A stretch of DNA of 64,000 nt, taken from assembly GCA_041739415.1 (NCBI GenBank), contig JBGSNU010000031.1, positions 42,949-106,948 on the forward strand, given 5' to 3'. The stretch comes from Bdellovibrionales bacterium. GTDB taxonomy: Bacteria > Bdellovibrionota > Bdellovibrionia > Bdellovibrionales > UBA1609. A program made the translations under genes and the position numbers. The notes under the pieces are model-generated. The model worked only from the letters and a program-made list of their open reading frames with translations, did no database searches and was not told the origin of the DNA. Of this stretch, positions 1 through 9,284 are shown piece by piece (the first letter of the stretch is position 1; each line of letters starts with the position of its first letter).

Positions 1-361
1 GTCTTTTTCCGATCTACTCAGTTCAGGCCATCATCGACCAATGCTGTGTAGACTCCTCGCTTTCAGTTTAGCCAACATCACGCAAAATCGCGACCTTCGG
101 CTAGAATCCGAAAAATTGCCGAAAGATTTGACAGGCTCAATGTTAGAAAAACCTCCGCGCTGTAGTGCGTCTCTATTCGAGGCCTCAGCCCGTTTTTTCC
201 CACAACACTGTCTCAGTTAGAGAATGCCAACGTCTTTGACAGTTTTGCGGGGTTTTCTCAATTTTGAGAATTGTAAAAAAATTTTTGTCATCTCAAAATA
301 CAACACACGTACGCGCCATTAATGACGCACGACTGCCCCAAACGAGGACCTGTATCAAACG

Positions 362-1231
362 ATGAGACGAATATTTCTTGGTATAATACTATCTGTTTAT
401 ATTCCCGCAGCTGGCACCCCGCCTCCAGATTCGCCGTCTACTTTTGAAAAAGACCATGCCGCCCTGTTCAAACGCTGGGCCAAACTCACCACTGTGGCCA
501 AAGGTGATCCTGCATCCATCGGTGAATATCAAGCCGGCTGTATCATTGGTGCCGTGCCACTGAAGTCGAACGCTAAGACCTATGCGATTATGCGCCCCTC
601 GCGCCAGCGGCACTACGGTCACCCCATTCTCATTCAGTACATTGAGAACTTAGCCCAAGCTGTAAATAAACAAAAAATGCCTATACTCCTAGTGGGCGAC
701 ATGGGACCAGCGAGGGGTGGGCCGATGCGCAGTGGTCACGCCAGCCATCAAAACGGTCTGGACGTTGACCTCTGGTTGCAAATGAGTCAAAAAATGCCGA
801 GCCCTCGACAGCGGGAATCGTGGGGCGCCACCAGCTACGTCAAAGGCCGTAAAGTTTTAACGAGGGGCTGGGGTCAAACCCAAATTAAACTGACAGTTGC
901 CGCTGCCGACTCACCATTAGTGAGCCGCATTTTTGTGAGCCCCGCGATCAAACGCCACTTTTGTGGCACTCAACCTGAGGCCGCTTGGCTGTACAAACTC
1001 CGGGCCTGGTGGGGTCACACCGATCACCTGCATGTGCGCCTCCATTGCCCGCCCACTGACACCAACTGTAAGCCTCAGCCAGCCCTGAACCCAGAAGACA
1101 ACGGCTGCGGCGAGGAGCTGGCGTGGTGGTTTTCTAAAGAGGCCGACGAAGAATGGCTCAAAATTCGCCAAGATAAAAAACCGCGCGAGTTTCCCGATTT
1201 ACCGAAAGAATGCGTGAGCCTGAGCTCTTGA
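362..1231 (+). CDS. mepA: Penicillin-insensitive murein endopeptidase (MepA, M74 family)
   Basis: Signal peptide; SIGxYxxGC, RxRHYGHP, GHASHQNGLDVD and WWGHTDHLHVRLxC zinc-ligand motifs. Confidence 0.9.
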   Translation: MRRIFLGIILSVYIPAAGTPPPDSPSTFEKDHAALFKRWAKLTTVAKGDPASIGEYQAGCIIGAVPLKSNAKTYAIMRPSRQRHYGHPILIQYIENLAQAVNKQKMPILLVGDMGPARGGPMRSGHASHQNGLDVDLWLQMSQKMPSPRQRESWGATSYVKGRKVLTRGWGQTQIKLTVAAADSPLVSRIFVSPAIKRHFCGTQPEAAWLYKLRAWWGHTDHLHVRLHCPPTDTNCKPQPALNPEDNGCGEELAWWFSKEADEEWLKIRQDKKPREFPDLPKECVSLSS

Positions 1232-1333
1232 AGCCTATCTCAACACCTGTTAGATTTTCATAGACTCGACAATTGCTGGACCGCAGCATTGCCTTGCGGT
1301 ATTCCCTTGGGACCCTCTTCGATAAGGATGTTT

Positions 1334-2299
1334 ATGAAAACCTCAAAATGGCTGCTGCTCGGAGCGATTACCCTAAGTTCAACTTCCGCCCTTGCCAAAC
1401 TGCCCGACCTCCAAGGACGGTTCAATTTGCAGCTGATCTCAGCCCAAGAGCGCTTAAACCAGGTGCCGAACAGTGCGCCAGACAAAAGCTGCAACGCTTT
1501 CTACTCCAAGCTCTTCCGTGACGGCCAGCTCGATATATCTGCGGGCATTGGGTATTTTGATGCCACCTCAGTCAATTTTAGTTACATGGGACGTGAGTAC
1601 GATGACATCGTCTTAGATCCCTATGCCTATGCAGCGTTTGTGCAGATGCTGCAGTCCCGGTGCAACAGCCGATCCAACTTCAAGGCTTGTGGATTTGACC
1701 GCTCCCTGAGCAAAACATTCCGCACTCGCTCTGGCCAAAATGTTCGAGTGAAGATCCGCCTCGCCCACGGCGCCAGCTCCGCCAACAACTCGCAAAACGC
1801 CTCGAATGACGGGCAGATGAGCGGCGCCCAGGCGGCCCAGTCGAAGCGAGCTCGAGGCGTGTTTTTTGGCGGCATTCAAAGCGGCACCGACGTCGCCATT
1901 TATATGGGACACGCCCGTAGCGGCGGGGGTCCTGACTTCTACCCTCCCCGATTGCTGAGCAACGGTAGCGTCAACTATGGCTATTACAAGTCCACGCAAG
2001 AGGGCATTCGCACCCTTTTGGGCTCCCTCCGGCAAGCTCAAGCAGCTGGCCGGGCGCCAATGGTAGTCGGTCTCCTCGCTTGCAAGAGCGCAGGTCTCTT
2101 CTCTGGCGCAGTTGCCAACGCAGCCCCAGGCAGCCTCGTGGTCTCCGCTCGAGACCTCTTCAATGACGTCGACATTTTCCCAACGGGCCTGGCCCTTATC
2201 GACAGCCTTCTCAATGAACGCTGTGATTCATCGTTTGTCCAAGGTGTAAAGGTCGCTCCAGGATCCGCTCGCCACCTGCAAATGAACTACGCCCCCTAA
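1334..2299 (+). CDS. Secreted hypothetical protein with possible caspase/gingipain-like His-Cys dyad
   Basis: AAGGA SD before ATG 1334; signal peptide MKTSKWLLLGAITLSSTSALA; YMGHAR and VVGLLACKS motifs. Confidence 0.6.
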   Translation: MKTSKWLLLGAITLSSTSALAKLPDLQGRFNLQLISAQERLNQVPNSAPDKSCNAFYSKLFRDGQLDISAGIGYFDATSVNFSYMGREYDDIVLDPYAYAAFVQMLQSRCNSRSNFKACGFDRSLSKTFRTRSGQNVRVKIRLAHGASSANNSQNASNDGQMSGAQAAQSKRARGVFFGGIQSGTDVAIYMGHARSGGGPDFYPPRLLSNGSVNYGYYKSTQEGIRTLLGSLRQAQAAGRAPMVVGLLACKSAGLFSGAVANAAPGSLVVSARDLFNDVDIFPTGLALIDSLLNERCDSSFVQGVKVAPGSARHLQMNYAP

Positions 2300-2461
2300 T
2301 CCGGCAACTGGCCCTCTAAATTGTTGGTGCAGGGTAGTCTTACCCCTGGGACTTGGGGGCCGGCGGCTAGAACCCGCGGGGACCCCTTGCGAGCCTAAGG
2401 AACAACAGCAAGGGGGGGGTATCCCTAGCGAGGACGATCGGGATTCAACTTGCCGAAGTAG

Positions 2462-3295
2462 CTATTTCTCGTCGATCTCCGCCGCCGATTTGTGCGACAG
2501 CGTGTCCACAGCGGCCAAGACAAACATCGGAATCGGCCCCTTAGAGGAATCCGCACTGATCAGCTTCAAACACTTCTTTAGGGCCTCTTTTTGGATCTTG
2601 GCCACTTCTTGGTAAACACTCAGGTTCACAGATCTCGAAAAATTAATAAACAAATTGTTGTAAGGGATTTGCCCCAACTTGTCTGGCTTTATGAACTCAG
2701 CCGTGGCCTTAAAGTTCTGCACAAACAGGTCGTGACTGAGAGCAAAACTCCCCATGTCCGCAAAATACCGATCATCGTTCTTCACTAGAACCTCAAGACG
2801 CTCAAGCTCACCTAGCCGAGCGAGCCCATGCATTCCGAACATTTCTCGGATCTCGTCAGCCGAAACTCCACAAGAGTTCGCCGCCATTTTGAAAATCAAA
2901 TACTTGGTGGGGTCATTTAACACCTGATTTAGGTGCTCGGGGACTTTGTGTTCAGGCCCACCTTCGACAGTCATGTCTAGGTGGTCCGCGAGATACTCCC
3001 CGATTGGCCCCGGGTACCGAGCAATAATCTTCTTTAGATCCGTCTCTTTACTCAAATAAATCAGGAGTTCTAACAGCGTGTTGGCCGTAATTAGGGTCTT
3101 TACCTGGCCCTTTACTATTCGCCGCAAAGTGGGTTCACTAACAGAGCACTTTTTGCTCATGCCATTCAGCGTGAGCCGGGGATTGATCCGCATATGCTCA
3201 CGCAGCACTTTGCGCAACTGAGCCAGCACAGGGTGCTGAGTCTCAGTGTCTGGCAAGGCGCGGGGAATTTCTACTTCCACAGTTGGATGAATCAA
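2462..3295 (-). CDS. HTH DNA-binding protein (Bdellovibrionota TIGR02147/DUF4423-like regulator)
   Basis: N-terminal XRE-like HTH (LTLNGMSKKCSVSEPTLRRIVKG), central winged-helix-like segment, C-terminal alpha/beta segment. Confidence 0.6.
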   Translation of the reverse strand: MIHPTVEVEIPRALPDTETQHPVLAQLRKVLREHMRINPRLTLNGMSKKCSVSEPTLRRIVKGQVKTLITANTLLELLIYLSKETDLKKIIARYPGPIGEYLADHLDMTVEGGPEHKVPEHLNQVLNDPTKYLIFKMAANSCGVSADEIREMFGMHGLARLGELERLEVLVKNDDRYFADMGSFALSHDLFVQNFKATAEFIKPDKLGQIPYNNLFINFSRSVNLSVYQEVAKIQKEALKKCLKLISADSSKGPIPMFVLAAVDTLSHKSAAEIDEK

Positions 3296-3315
3296 AATTG
3301 AACCTCAGAATTAAA

Positions 3316-4128
3316 CTATTTAGTTTCAGTTTCACAAATGGCATCAAACGAAAAGCCCGGCGATTGACTGGGTCGATCGTTCCGATTCACCGTAACCGCG
3401 CGACCGATGCCTTTTAAATCCTCCGGATTCAGTCGACTCCAACCCCCACTGCTCTCTCCGCCGCTCATTCCTGCCGCAATCAGACCGGCACGCGCTTCTG
3501 GGTTGCAGAGCGGAGACTTTAGCTGAAATACACCTTGAGGTGCTTGTGTGGCAGGATCAGTGATAGATGCGATACGCTCGACTTCGCCGCGTGGAGACTC
3601 AATCAGTCCGAGCCCTTGGCTGTCCAGTTCAATCAAAAGCTTTCGTAGATCCGGTGAAAGTTCAGCCCTTGCGATCACGACAGTTTCAGCCGATTGCACC
3701 GGACGCCCATCACAAAGTGGCATTTGGCGTTTGCGCTTGGCCACCTGTCGTTCACCTTTAAAAATCTGCACAGTAAATTCGGTGGGTATCGTGAAGTATC
3801 GAAACACCGATTTTTTAGCGTCGAGCTTCAGCTCCTCCATCTCGCGAATTGGGCCGGCGAATAAATCAAATTCACATTCAAAGTACTCAGGGATTCCACT
3901 TTCACGATTGGCTCTTTCACAAAGACTTTCAGACTTAAAATAAATGTATCGCCCGTCCTGGCAAAGATCCTGACCGGACACGGCCATATGCGAACCCACC
4001 TGAATTCTTTCCGCAACTTCGACCGACTTAGATCCGGCCATCGATATTGGCGAAACAGCAAACATCCCGAGAGCGATAATGTTGGCAGGTGTAAATAACA
4101 ATTGATTTAGCTTAGATCGTAACGACAT
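3316..4128 (-). CDS. Secreted Cys-containing hypothetical protein
   Basis: ATG 4128, hydrophobic signal-like N-terminus, several Cys; shares motifs with the upstream gene. Confidence 0.6.
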   Translation of the reverse strand: MSLRSKLNQLLFTPANIIALGMFAVSPISMAGSKSVEVAERIQVGSHMAVSGQDLCQDGRYIYFKSESLCERANRESGIPEYFECEFDLFAGPIREMEELKLDAKKSVFRYFTIPTEFTVQIFKGERQVAKRKRQMPLCDGRPVQSAETVVIARAELSPDLRKLLIELDSQGLGLIESPRGEVERIASITDPATQAPQGVFQLKSPLCNPEARAGLIAAGMSGGESSGGWSRLNPEDLKGIGRAVTVNRNDRPSQSPGFSFDAICETETK

Positions 4129-4200
4129 GGTGATTACCCCGTTCACAGAATTGGTGCGGAGTATACCTTGGTTGCTGAAGTCCCACAAGACGAGGACCAA

Positions 4201-4235
4201 AAAACAAAAAACGGCAGGGTTACCCCTACCGTTTT
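4201..4235 (-). terminator. Rho-independent terminator after the 4277-4813 gene
   Basis: Minus strand AAAACGGTAGGGG-TAA-CCCTGCCGTTTT followed by a U-rich tract. Confidence 0.8.
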
Positions 4236-4276
4236 CTACACTTTCAGATCAAGAATCGTGAAAGTTTTACTACTAC

Positions 4277-4813
4277 TTAGTTAGCAGGAGTAACAGTGTC
4301 ACCGCAAGCAGGCAAAGCTACTTTGTAAGTGCCAACCAAACCGCGTTGCGAGTTAGTTTGACGATCTTCGTCAACCAACATTTTGTTGTAAACTTTTACA
4401 GTTACAGTGGAGCTGATAAGGAAGTTCTTTGTTCCCCAAGCAACACATCGGTCATCAGAACCAGTAGTTTGGATACAGATGGGCTTAGTGTTAACACCAA
4501 GAGCTACAGAGAGAGCAGAAGGAGCAGTCGCAACACACTTGTCGTTCAAACGTGAGCTAGTTTGTTCTTTCTTAGTGCAAGCAGTTACAACACCAGCGAA
4601 AAGACGATCGCCAGCAACACAAACCTGAGCGTAACCATCTAAAGAGATGGGGCGAACGAAGAATGCCTCAAGAGCGTCACCGTTGCTGTGTTTGAAGTTG
4701 ATCGAGCTAGCGTCGAACAAGTACTTGGAGTTACCAACAAGTGTGTTGTAAGCGGGAGCAGCGATTGCAGAAGCAGAGAACATCAGACCAGCGATCATAG
4801 ATACCATTTTCAT
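4277..4813 (-). CDS. Secreted Cys-rich protein, probably highly expressed
   Basis: AAAAGGAG SD before ATG 4813, signal peptide ending AIA, six Cys, strongly biased codons (GCT/GTT/ACT/AAC), own terminator. Confidence 0.75.
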   Translation of the reverse strand: MKMVSMIAGLMFSASAIAAPAYNTLVGNSKYLFDASSINFKHSNGDALEAFFVRPISLDGYAQVCVAGDRLFAGVVTACTKKEQTSSRLNDKCVATAPSALSVALGVNTKPICIQTTGSDDRCVAWGTKNFLISSTVTVKVYNKMLVDEDRQTNSQRGLVGTYKVALPACGDTVTPAN

Positions 4814-4882
4814 ACTAGAACTCCTTTTGTTTGTTTTACTCAAAGATGTTGTTTACACCGTCGAGCGTTTTCTTTCTCAATG

Positions 4883-4898
4883 AGCAAGTAAGTACCCA
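4883..4898 (-). promoter_or_regulatory. Candidate sigma-54 promoter
   Basis: TGGGTACTTACTTGCT = GG-N10-GC with exact TTGCT -12 element, upstream of the 4813 gene. Confidence 0.45.
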
Positions 4899-5159
4899 AC
4901 ATTGGCCAAATACGCCAAATTTTTATGGCTGCCAAAATCCAAACATCGTTGCACAAATCCGGTGACGAAGTGATCATCCCAATAGAATCGTTTTGACTTC
5001 GTCATGCGGGTCCGTCGTCTCGCTTGATGGCGAACTCTGCCGGTAAAACGCCCGTAAAAAGTCTGAAAGATTTACACCCCAAAGGAGAACACAGCCGCTA
5101 AATGGTTTTAAAGGAGTTGTTTGGAGTGTGATGAGAGGGGGGAAATCAAAGAAGAAGAA

Positions 5160-5236
5160 TGGTGCGCTCTACAGAACTCGAATCTGTGACCTCCACCATG
5201 TCAAGGTGGCGCTCTAACCAACTGAGCTAAGAGCGC
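5160..5236 (-). tRNA. tRNA-Val (GAC)
   Basis: GCGCTCT/AGAGCGC acceptor stem, D-arm AGCTCAGTTGGTTAGAGC, anticodon arm CCACC-TTGACAT-GGTGG, TTCGA T-loop, encoded CCA. Confidence 0.97.
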
Positions 5237-5949
5237 ACATCGGTGGTTGAGATGTTCTTAAATTTATCGAGATTGGGTAGGTTGTCAACAATGGCTAAAC
5301 TCCCAACCCGCCCCGTTAAGTGCCTTTGCAAGCCGTCGCACCAAAGCTGAAATAGCGAGTGGAGAGAGGGGGTCTTCTCGCCCAAGAGGTCATAGACTCT
5401 AGAAACCGCCGCTCCCTTGTGGCCGCAGACGCGGATAGAGCTAAAGTCGGCCAGGTTGTTCGTCACATTAAGAGCTATTCCATGGGTGCTTACGCCTGAC
5501 CGCAGACGAACTCCGATCGAACCGATTTTACCGCCCGAGGTGTATAAGCCGGGAGACCTCTCATCCCACCAAGCCTCAACCCCAACCCGCGCCAGCACCT
5601 CGAGGCTGACCTTGGCGAGTCGGCAGACCCACTCACGCGTACCCCAAGGAGCGATCGACAGCAGCGGAAAAATCACGAGCTGCCCTGGATTGTGCACAGT
5701 TGCCTGCCCGCCCCGGTCGAGCTGAAGAATCTCCCAACCCATTGCTCGAACAAGGCCGGGTGGAGACAATAGATCTTGAGCGGTTGAACGAATACCAAGC
5801 GTGATCACAGGCTCTGATTCAAAGCCCATGATTAAGCCAGATGTGTTGGCAGCCGCTAGCTGCTGCTGCTGAATGTGCAAAGCCTCGGCAAACCGAATGC
5901 GACCGAAGTAGCGCAGGTGAGGAGCGATGAATTGAGTTTCCACTCTCAT
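5227..5949 (-). CDS. lipB: Lipoyl(octanoyl) transferase
   Basis: DRGGQATVHNPGQLVIFP, KIGSIGV, HGIALNV and C-G motifs; start uncertain. Confidence 0.88.
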   Translation of the reverse strand: MRVETQFIAPHLRYFGRIRFAEALHIQQQQLAAANTSGLIMGFESEPVITLGIRSTAQDLLSPPGLVRAMGWEILQLDRGGQATVHNPGQLVIFPLLSIAPWGTREWVCRLAKVSLEVLARVGVEAWWDERSPGLYTSGGKIGSIGVRLRSGVSTHGIALNVTNNLADFSSIRVCGHKGAAVSRVYDLLGEKTPSLHSLFQLWCDGLQRHLTGRVGSLAIVDNLPNLDKFKNISTTDVRS

Positions 5950-6010
5950 ACACTTAGCGCCTTCAGGCAAAAGAGAGAACACGTTTTTGTAACCGCCGGG
6001 AACTCGGCTT

Positions 6011-6979
6011 TTAATACAACTCGACGCGATCGTTCTCCTGAAAGCCCGAGCCAGAGTGAATTACAGCGATCGTCCCATCTTTGCCAAAATAGCTGACGAC
6101 TTCGACTGTGCCCTTTAGGCGCCCTGGAGCCATTCCAATAAACTTACCGGTCTCGGGATCGTAAACCTCATCTCCCTCCTCCGTGACCTTCAGGATGTCT
6201 CCCATTTGCAGTCCCGTGAGCCGACCCGCATTGATAAATATTCGCTCGCCAGCGACCATAGCCACTCGCCCCTCCCAGCTCAGCTTTTCTACAGCCCGGA
6301 TCACATTGCCAATCGCGCCCACAAAAGCTTTGCGAATGGTGGCTCGAATCAACTCCGGATCATCCCCCAGGGAGGCGACTAGATCGCCTTTTTCTGCAAC
6401 TCGGGTGGTGGTGGCTTCGGAATCTGCCGAGCGAACTTCGTTTAAAATCTCTTTGCCGTTTTTGCCGGCGTAAATGCGAATGCGAACTTGAGAGGACACT
6501 TGCGCCTTCACTTGCCGGATCAAGCCCATCGAGTCGCCGATTCGTTTGGCGCGAATACTCAAGACTTTGCCCTCCACCACAGCCGCCACGCCGATAGACG
6601 AAGCTTGCCGAGCAACGGCGTTTAAATCGTATTCATTTTCTTCTGTCAGAAATTTCTTTAGATCTTGATTGAGATCCTCAGCGGAGACGATCACAAACTG
6701 GCGCGTCTTCAACAACTCCCGAATCACCGTCTGGCGGGCGATTTCATTGGCAGCACTGGATTGATCTGGCCGCTCATCTAAAAATGGCAACACCAAGATG
6801 CGGTGCCTTGGAGCCTCGTCTTCACCTCGTGCATTGGCGGAAACAGAGTCGCGAACTTCAATAGCGGAGGTATTCGCCTCCCGCCGGGCAGAGAGGGCAC
6901 TGCACCCGATGCTGCCGACCAGCGCGATTAGCGTGATCCAATTTGATGAGTGTCTTAAAAACCGAATTTGATTTTGCAT
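6011..6979 (-). CDS. Lipoprotein with CsgG/FlgT-like middle domain and FlgT C-terminal-like domain
   Basis: Lipobox-like SIGC; ILVLPFLD...VVEGKV fold; INAGRLTGLQMGD...YDPETGKFIG typical of FlgT_C. Confidence 0.6.
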   Translation of the reverse strand: MQNQIRFLRHSSNWITLIALVGSIGCSALSARREANTSAIEVRDSVSANARGEDEAPRHRILVLPFLDERPDQSSAANEIARQTVIRELLKTRQFVIVSAEDLNQDLKKFLTEENEYDLNAVARQASSIGVAAVVEGKVLSIRAKRIGDSMGLIRQVKAQVSSQVRIRIYAGKNGKEILNEVRSADSEATTTRVAEKGDLVASLGDDPELIRATIRKAFVGAIGNVIRAVEKLSWEGRVAMVAGERIFINAGRLTGLQMGDILKVTEEGDEVYDPETGKFIGMAPGRLKGTVEVVSYFGKDGTIAVIHSGSGFQENDRVELY

Positions 6980-7011
6980 TCCTAGATTGTAGCTAGAAAT
7001 CGCCGATTTAC

Positions 7012-8247
7012 CTATTGGGCCGAAGACGAGGAGTAGGCCCGCACGCTGAGAGCCAGACTGTCGTCCTGGGCGCCGTCCACTTTAACCTGATACAGTGGAA
7101 ACTGAGCCCGCTGGAGGACCTTGCCCAGGTCCTGACCCGAGATGGAGGTCTCCGCCTCAAATATCACCCGATTTGGCTCAAATAACCGCTCCTTCAGCAC
7201 CTTGATATCGCGCAACTGGCTCAACTGACGCTTGAACTCAGCCTGCTGGCGATACGTCATGCTGCCAGACACGGCAATTCGAACCACATTCAAGTTTAAG
7301 TTCCCTGCAACGACAGCCATGTTTAGTCGATTGGCCACGTCCTCGAGCAACAGCGGCGCCGTCGCCTCAAACTGTGTCAAAATCACCTTTGAAGTGTCAG
7401 CCGTTAACCGCTCGCTCTTTTGAAACTCCGCCACATTCCGACCACTCTTGGCCTGCCACATCTGGAGGTCATAGACGAGCTGGAGCTCCGAGTTTTCAGC
7501 GCGCTGTTTTGCACTCTCGACACGTCCACTCAACACGACGTCAGCCTTCAAATACTCAGCCAAGGCCATTTGATCTTCGCGCGTGAGTTGCGAGAGCCGA
7601 TACATAGGCGGCACGCCCATTCGAAAGCTCTGGCTCGTCGGATCGAGTACAAAGACATTCTTCGCTTTCATCTTTTTGTTCAGTTGCACTGAGAATCGCT
7701 TAAAGAGCTCACTGAGGTTGGGGTCATTCACTTGCCGACTGCTATCGCCGGTGTCGCTCCACCACGTGTAAACCATACCTCTACTGTTGGTAAAGCTAAC
7801 TAGTGAAAGCACCCGCAGCGGACCCGTTGAGAGAGCACCTGCCTCGCGCAACGCGACCTCTAAATTGCCAGGAGAAATCCTCAAAGCCACTGTGATTTGG
7901 GTACCATCGCGAACCACCACGGGCGGAGATCCCTTTATAAATACGACGTATTGCCTTGAATTCTTTAATATTTTTGACTTGATCGTCGGCCAAGTTCGAT
8001 TGGCCTTGTCGGCTCCCAACAGCTCCTGAACCACCTTTAAAGTCGCTCGCTCAGTCGCCTGCTCAAAGGCAAATTGTTTAGCCTCGGCACCTCGACTCTC
8101 CGTCGTGATCTCTAAACTCATATCGACTAAATCCCGAGCTTGCGTCGGACGACCAACTGCTGCTATCACTAGGCCCAACAAAAAGTAAATTGCAGTGGTT
8201 GTAAACGCTTTAGATTTCATGTTGAAAACTTTAAATGACATTTGCAT
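7012..8247 (-). CDS. Exported hypothetical protein (DUF2066/FlgT-like alpha/beta domains)
   Basis: Signal peptide; AKQFAFEQA...A helix; ADVVLSGRV...LQMWQAKSG; C-terminal ferredoxin-like segment. Confidence 0.5.
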   Translation of the reverse strand: MQMSFKVFNMKSKAFTTTAIYFLLGLVIAAVGRPTQARDLVDMSLEITTESRGAEAKQFAFEQATERATLKVVQELLGADKANRTWPTIKSKILKNSRQYVVFIKGSPPVVVRDGTQITVALRISPGNLEVALREAGALSTGPLRVLSLVSFTNSRGMVYTWWSDTGDSSRQVNDPNLSELFKRFSVQLNKKMKAKNVFVLDPTSQSFRMGVPPMYRLSQLTREDQMALAEYLKADVVLSGRVESAKQRAENSELQLVYDLQMWQAKSGRNVAEFQKSERLTADTSKVILTQFEATAPLLLEDVANRLNMAVVAGNLNLNVVRIAVSGSMTYRQQAEFKRQLSQLRDIKVLKERLFEPNRVIFEAETSISGQDLGKVLQRAQFPLYQVKVDGAQDDSLALSVRAYSSSSAQ

Positions 8248-8377
8248 AGCTTAGGATTCTAAGCCACATGTCACAGTTGATGCAAATGTGATCTGACGCA
8301 AACACTCAGACGACCCGCTCGAACCAGTGACTGCCTTTGATATGCTTTTAATGCCCTAACGACTTAAGGAGAATATT

Positions 8378-8644
8378 ATGTTGGAATACGATCGCAAAAA
8401 ACTAGGTCAATACCTCAAAGATGTGCGTGAGACCTCAAGCTACACTCAAGCCGACGTGTCACACCGCCTGGGCTACACGAGCGCTCAGTTTATCTCGAAT
8501 ATTGAAAGAGGCATCTCTGTTGTGCCGCTAAAGACATTGGCTAAGATGGTCTCGATCTACAAGGTTCGCCCTGAACCCGTTGTTAAAATTATCTTGGAGA
8601 GTCAACGGCGCCTGCTGAAAGAAAAATTGACGCGCAGCAAATAG
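8378..8644 (+). CDS. XRE-family HTH transcriptional regulator
   Basis: LGQYLKDVRE...TQADVSHRLGYTSAQFISNIERG; AAGGAG SD. Confidence 0.9.
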   Translation: MLEYDRKKLGQYLKDVRETSSYTQADVSHRLGYTSAQFISNIERGISVVPLKTLAKMVSIYKVRPEPVVKIILESQRRLLKEKLTRSK

Positions 8645-8741
8645 GTTTCAAGTCAGATTTGGCCATATTGCTCTGCTCGCTATCGCCTCACCAATGTTAT
8701 GCCCCTAGCTTAGGGGACTGCCCTCGGAGTCATGTGTCCAA

Positions 8742-9284
8742 ATGGATGTAAACGATGCCTTTCCTCCCGAAGTCGATGAACTCGCCAGCGATGTTGGCGA
8801 GTTCACCCACTACTGGGGTTTTAAGAAAATCCATGGACGCGTTTGGACCCACATTTATCTGGCTAGTACACCACTAGACGCTGGTGTTCTTATGCGTCGA
8901 CTAGGTATTTCAAAAGCGCTTGTCAGTCTGACCCTCAACGACCTTCTGGCCTACCGGGTGATTCTTGAGGGCGACAAATCCTCAAGGGGGACACAAACGT
9001 ATGTCGCCAACCCCCGAATTTTAGATGTGATCTTTGCGATTTTGCGAAGACGTGAACGCAAGATGTTGGCTCGAGCCGAAGCCAGCTTCAAATGCTTAAA
9101 AACCCTAAACCCCTCTCAGCTACAAGACGCAGGCCTTACGCCGTTACGCATTGATGACCTAGGAGATATGATCGGCGAGGCCCAGACTGTGCTCTCGGCG
9201 ATTTTAGAACTCGCCTCAGTCGATCTCGGGAGATGGGAGAGCTTCACGGACACTACGAAGGGCCCGAAAACTCCTGCTCAATAA
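8742..9284 (+). CDS. GbsR/MarR-family transcriptional regulator
   Basis: WGFKKIHGRVWTHIYL...LGISKALVSLTLNDL winged-helix signature. Confidence 0.8.
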   Translation: MDVNDAFPPEVDELASDVGEFTHYWGFKKIHGRVWTHIYLASTPLDAGVLMRRLGISKALVSLTLNDLLAYRVILEGDKSSRGTQTYVANPRILDVIFAILRRRERKMLARAEASFKCLKTLNPSQLQDAGLTPLRIDDLGDMIGEAQTVLSAILELASVDLGRWESFTDTTKGPKTPAQ

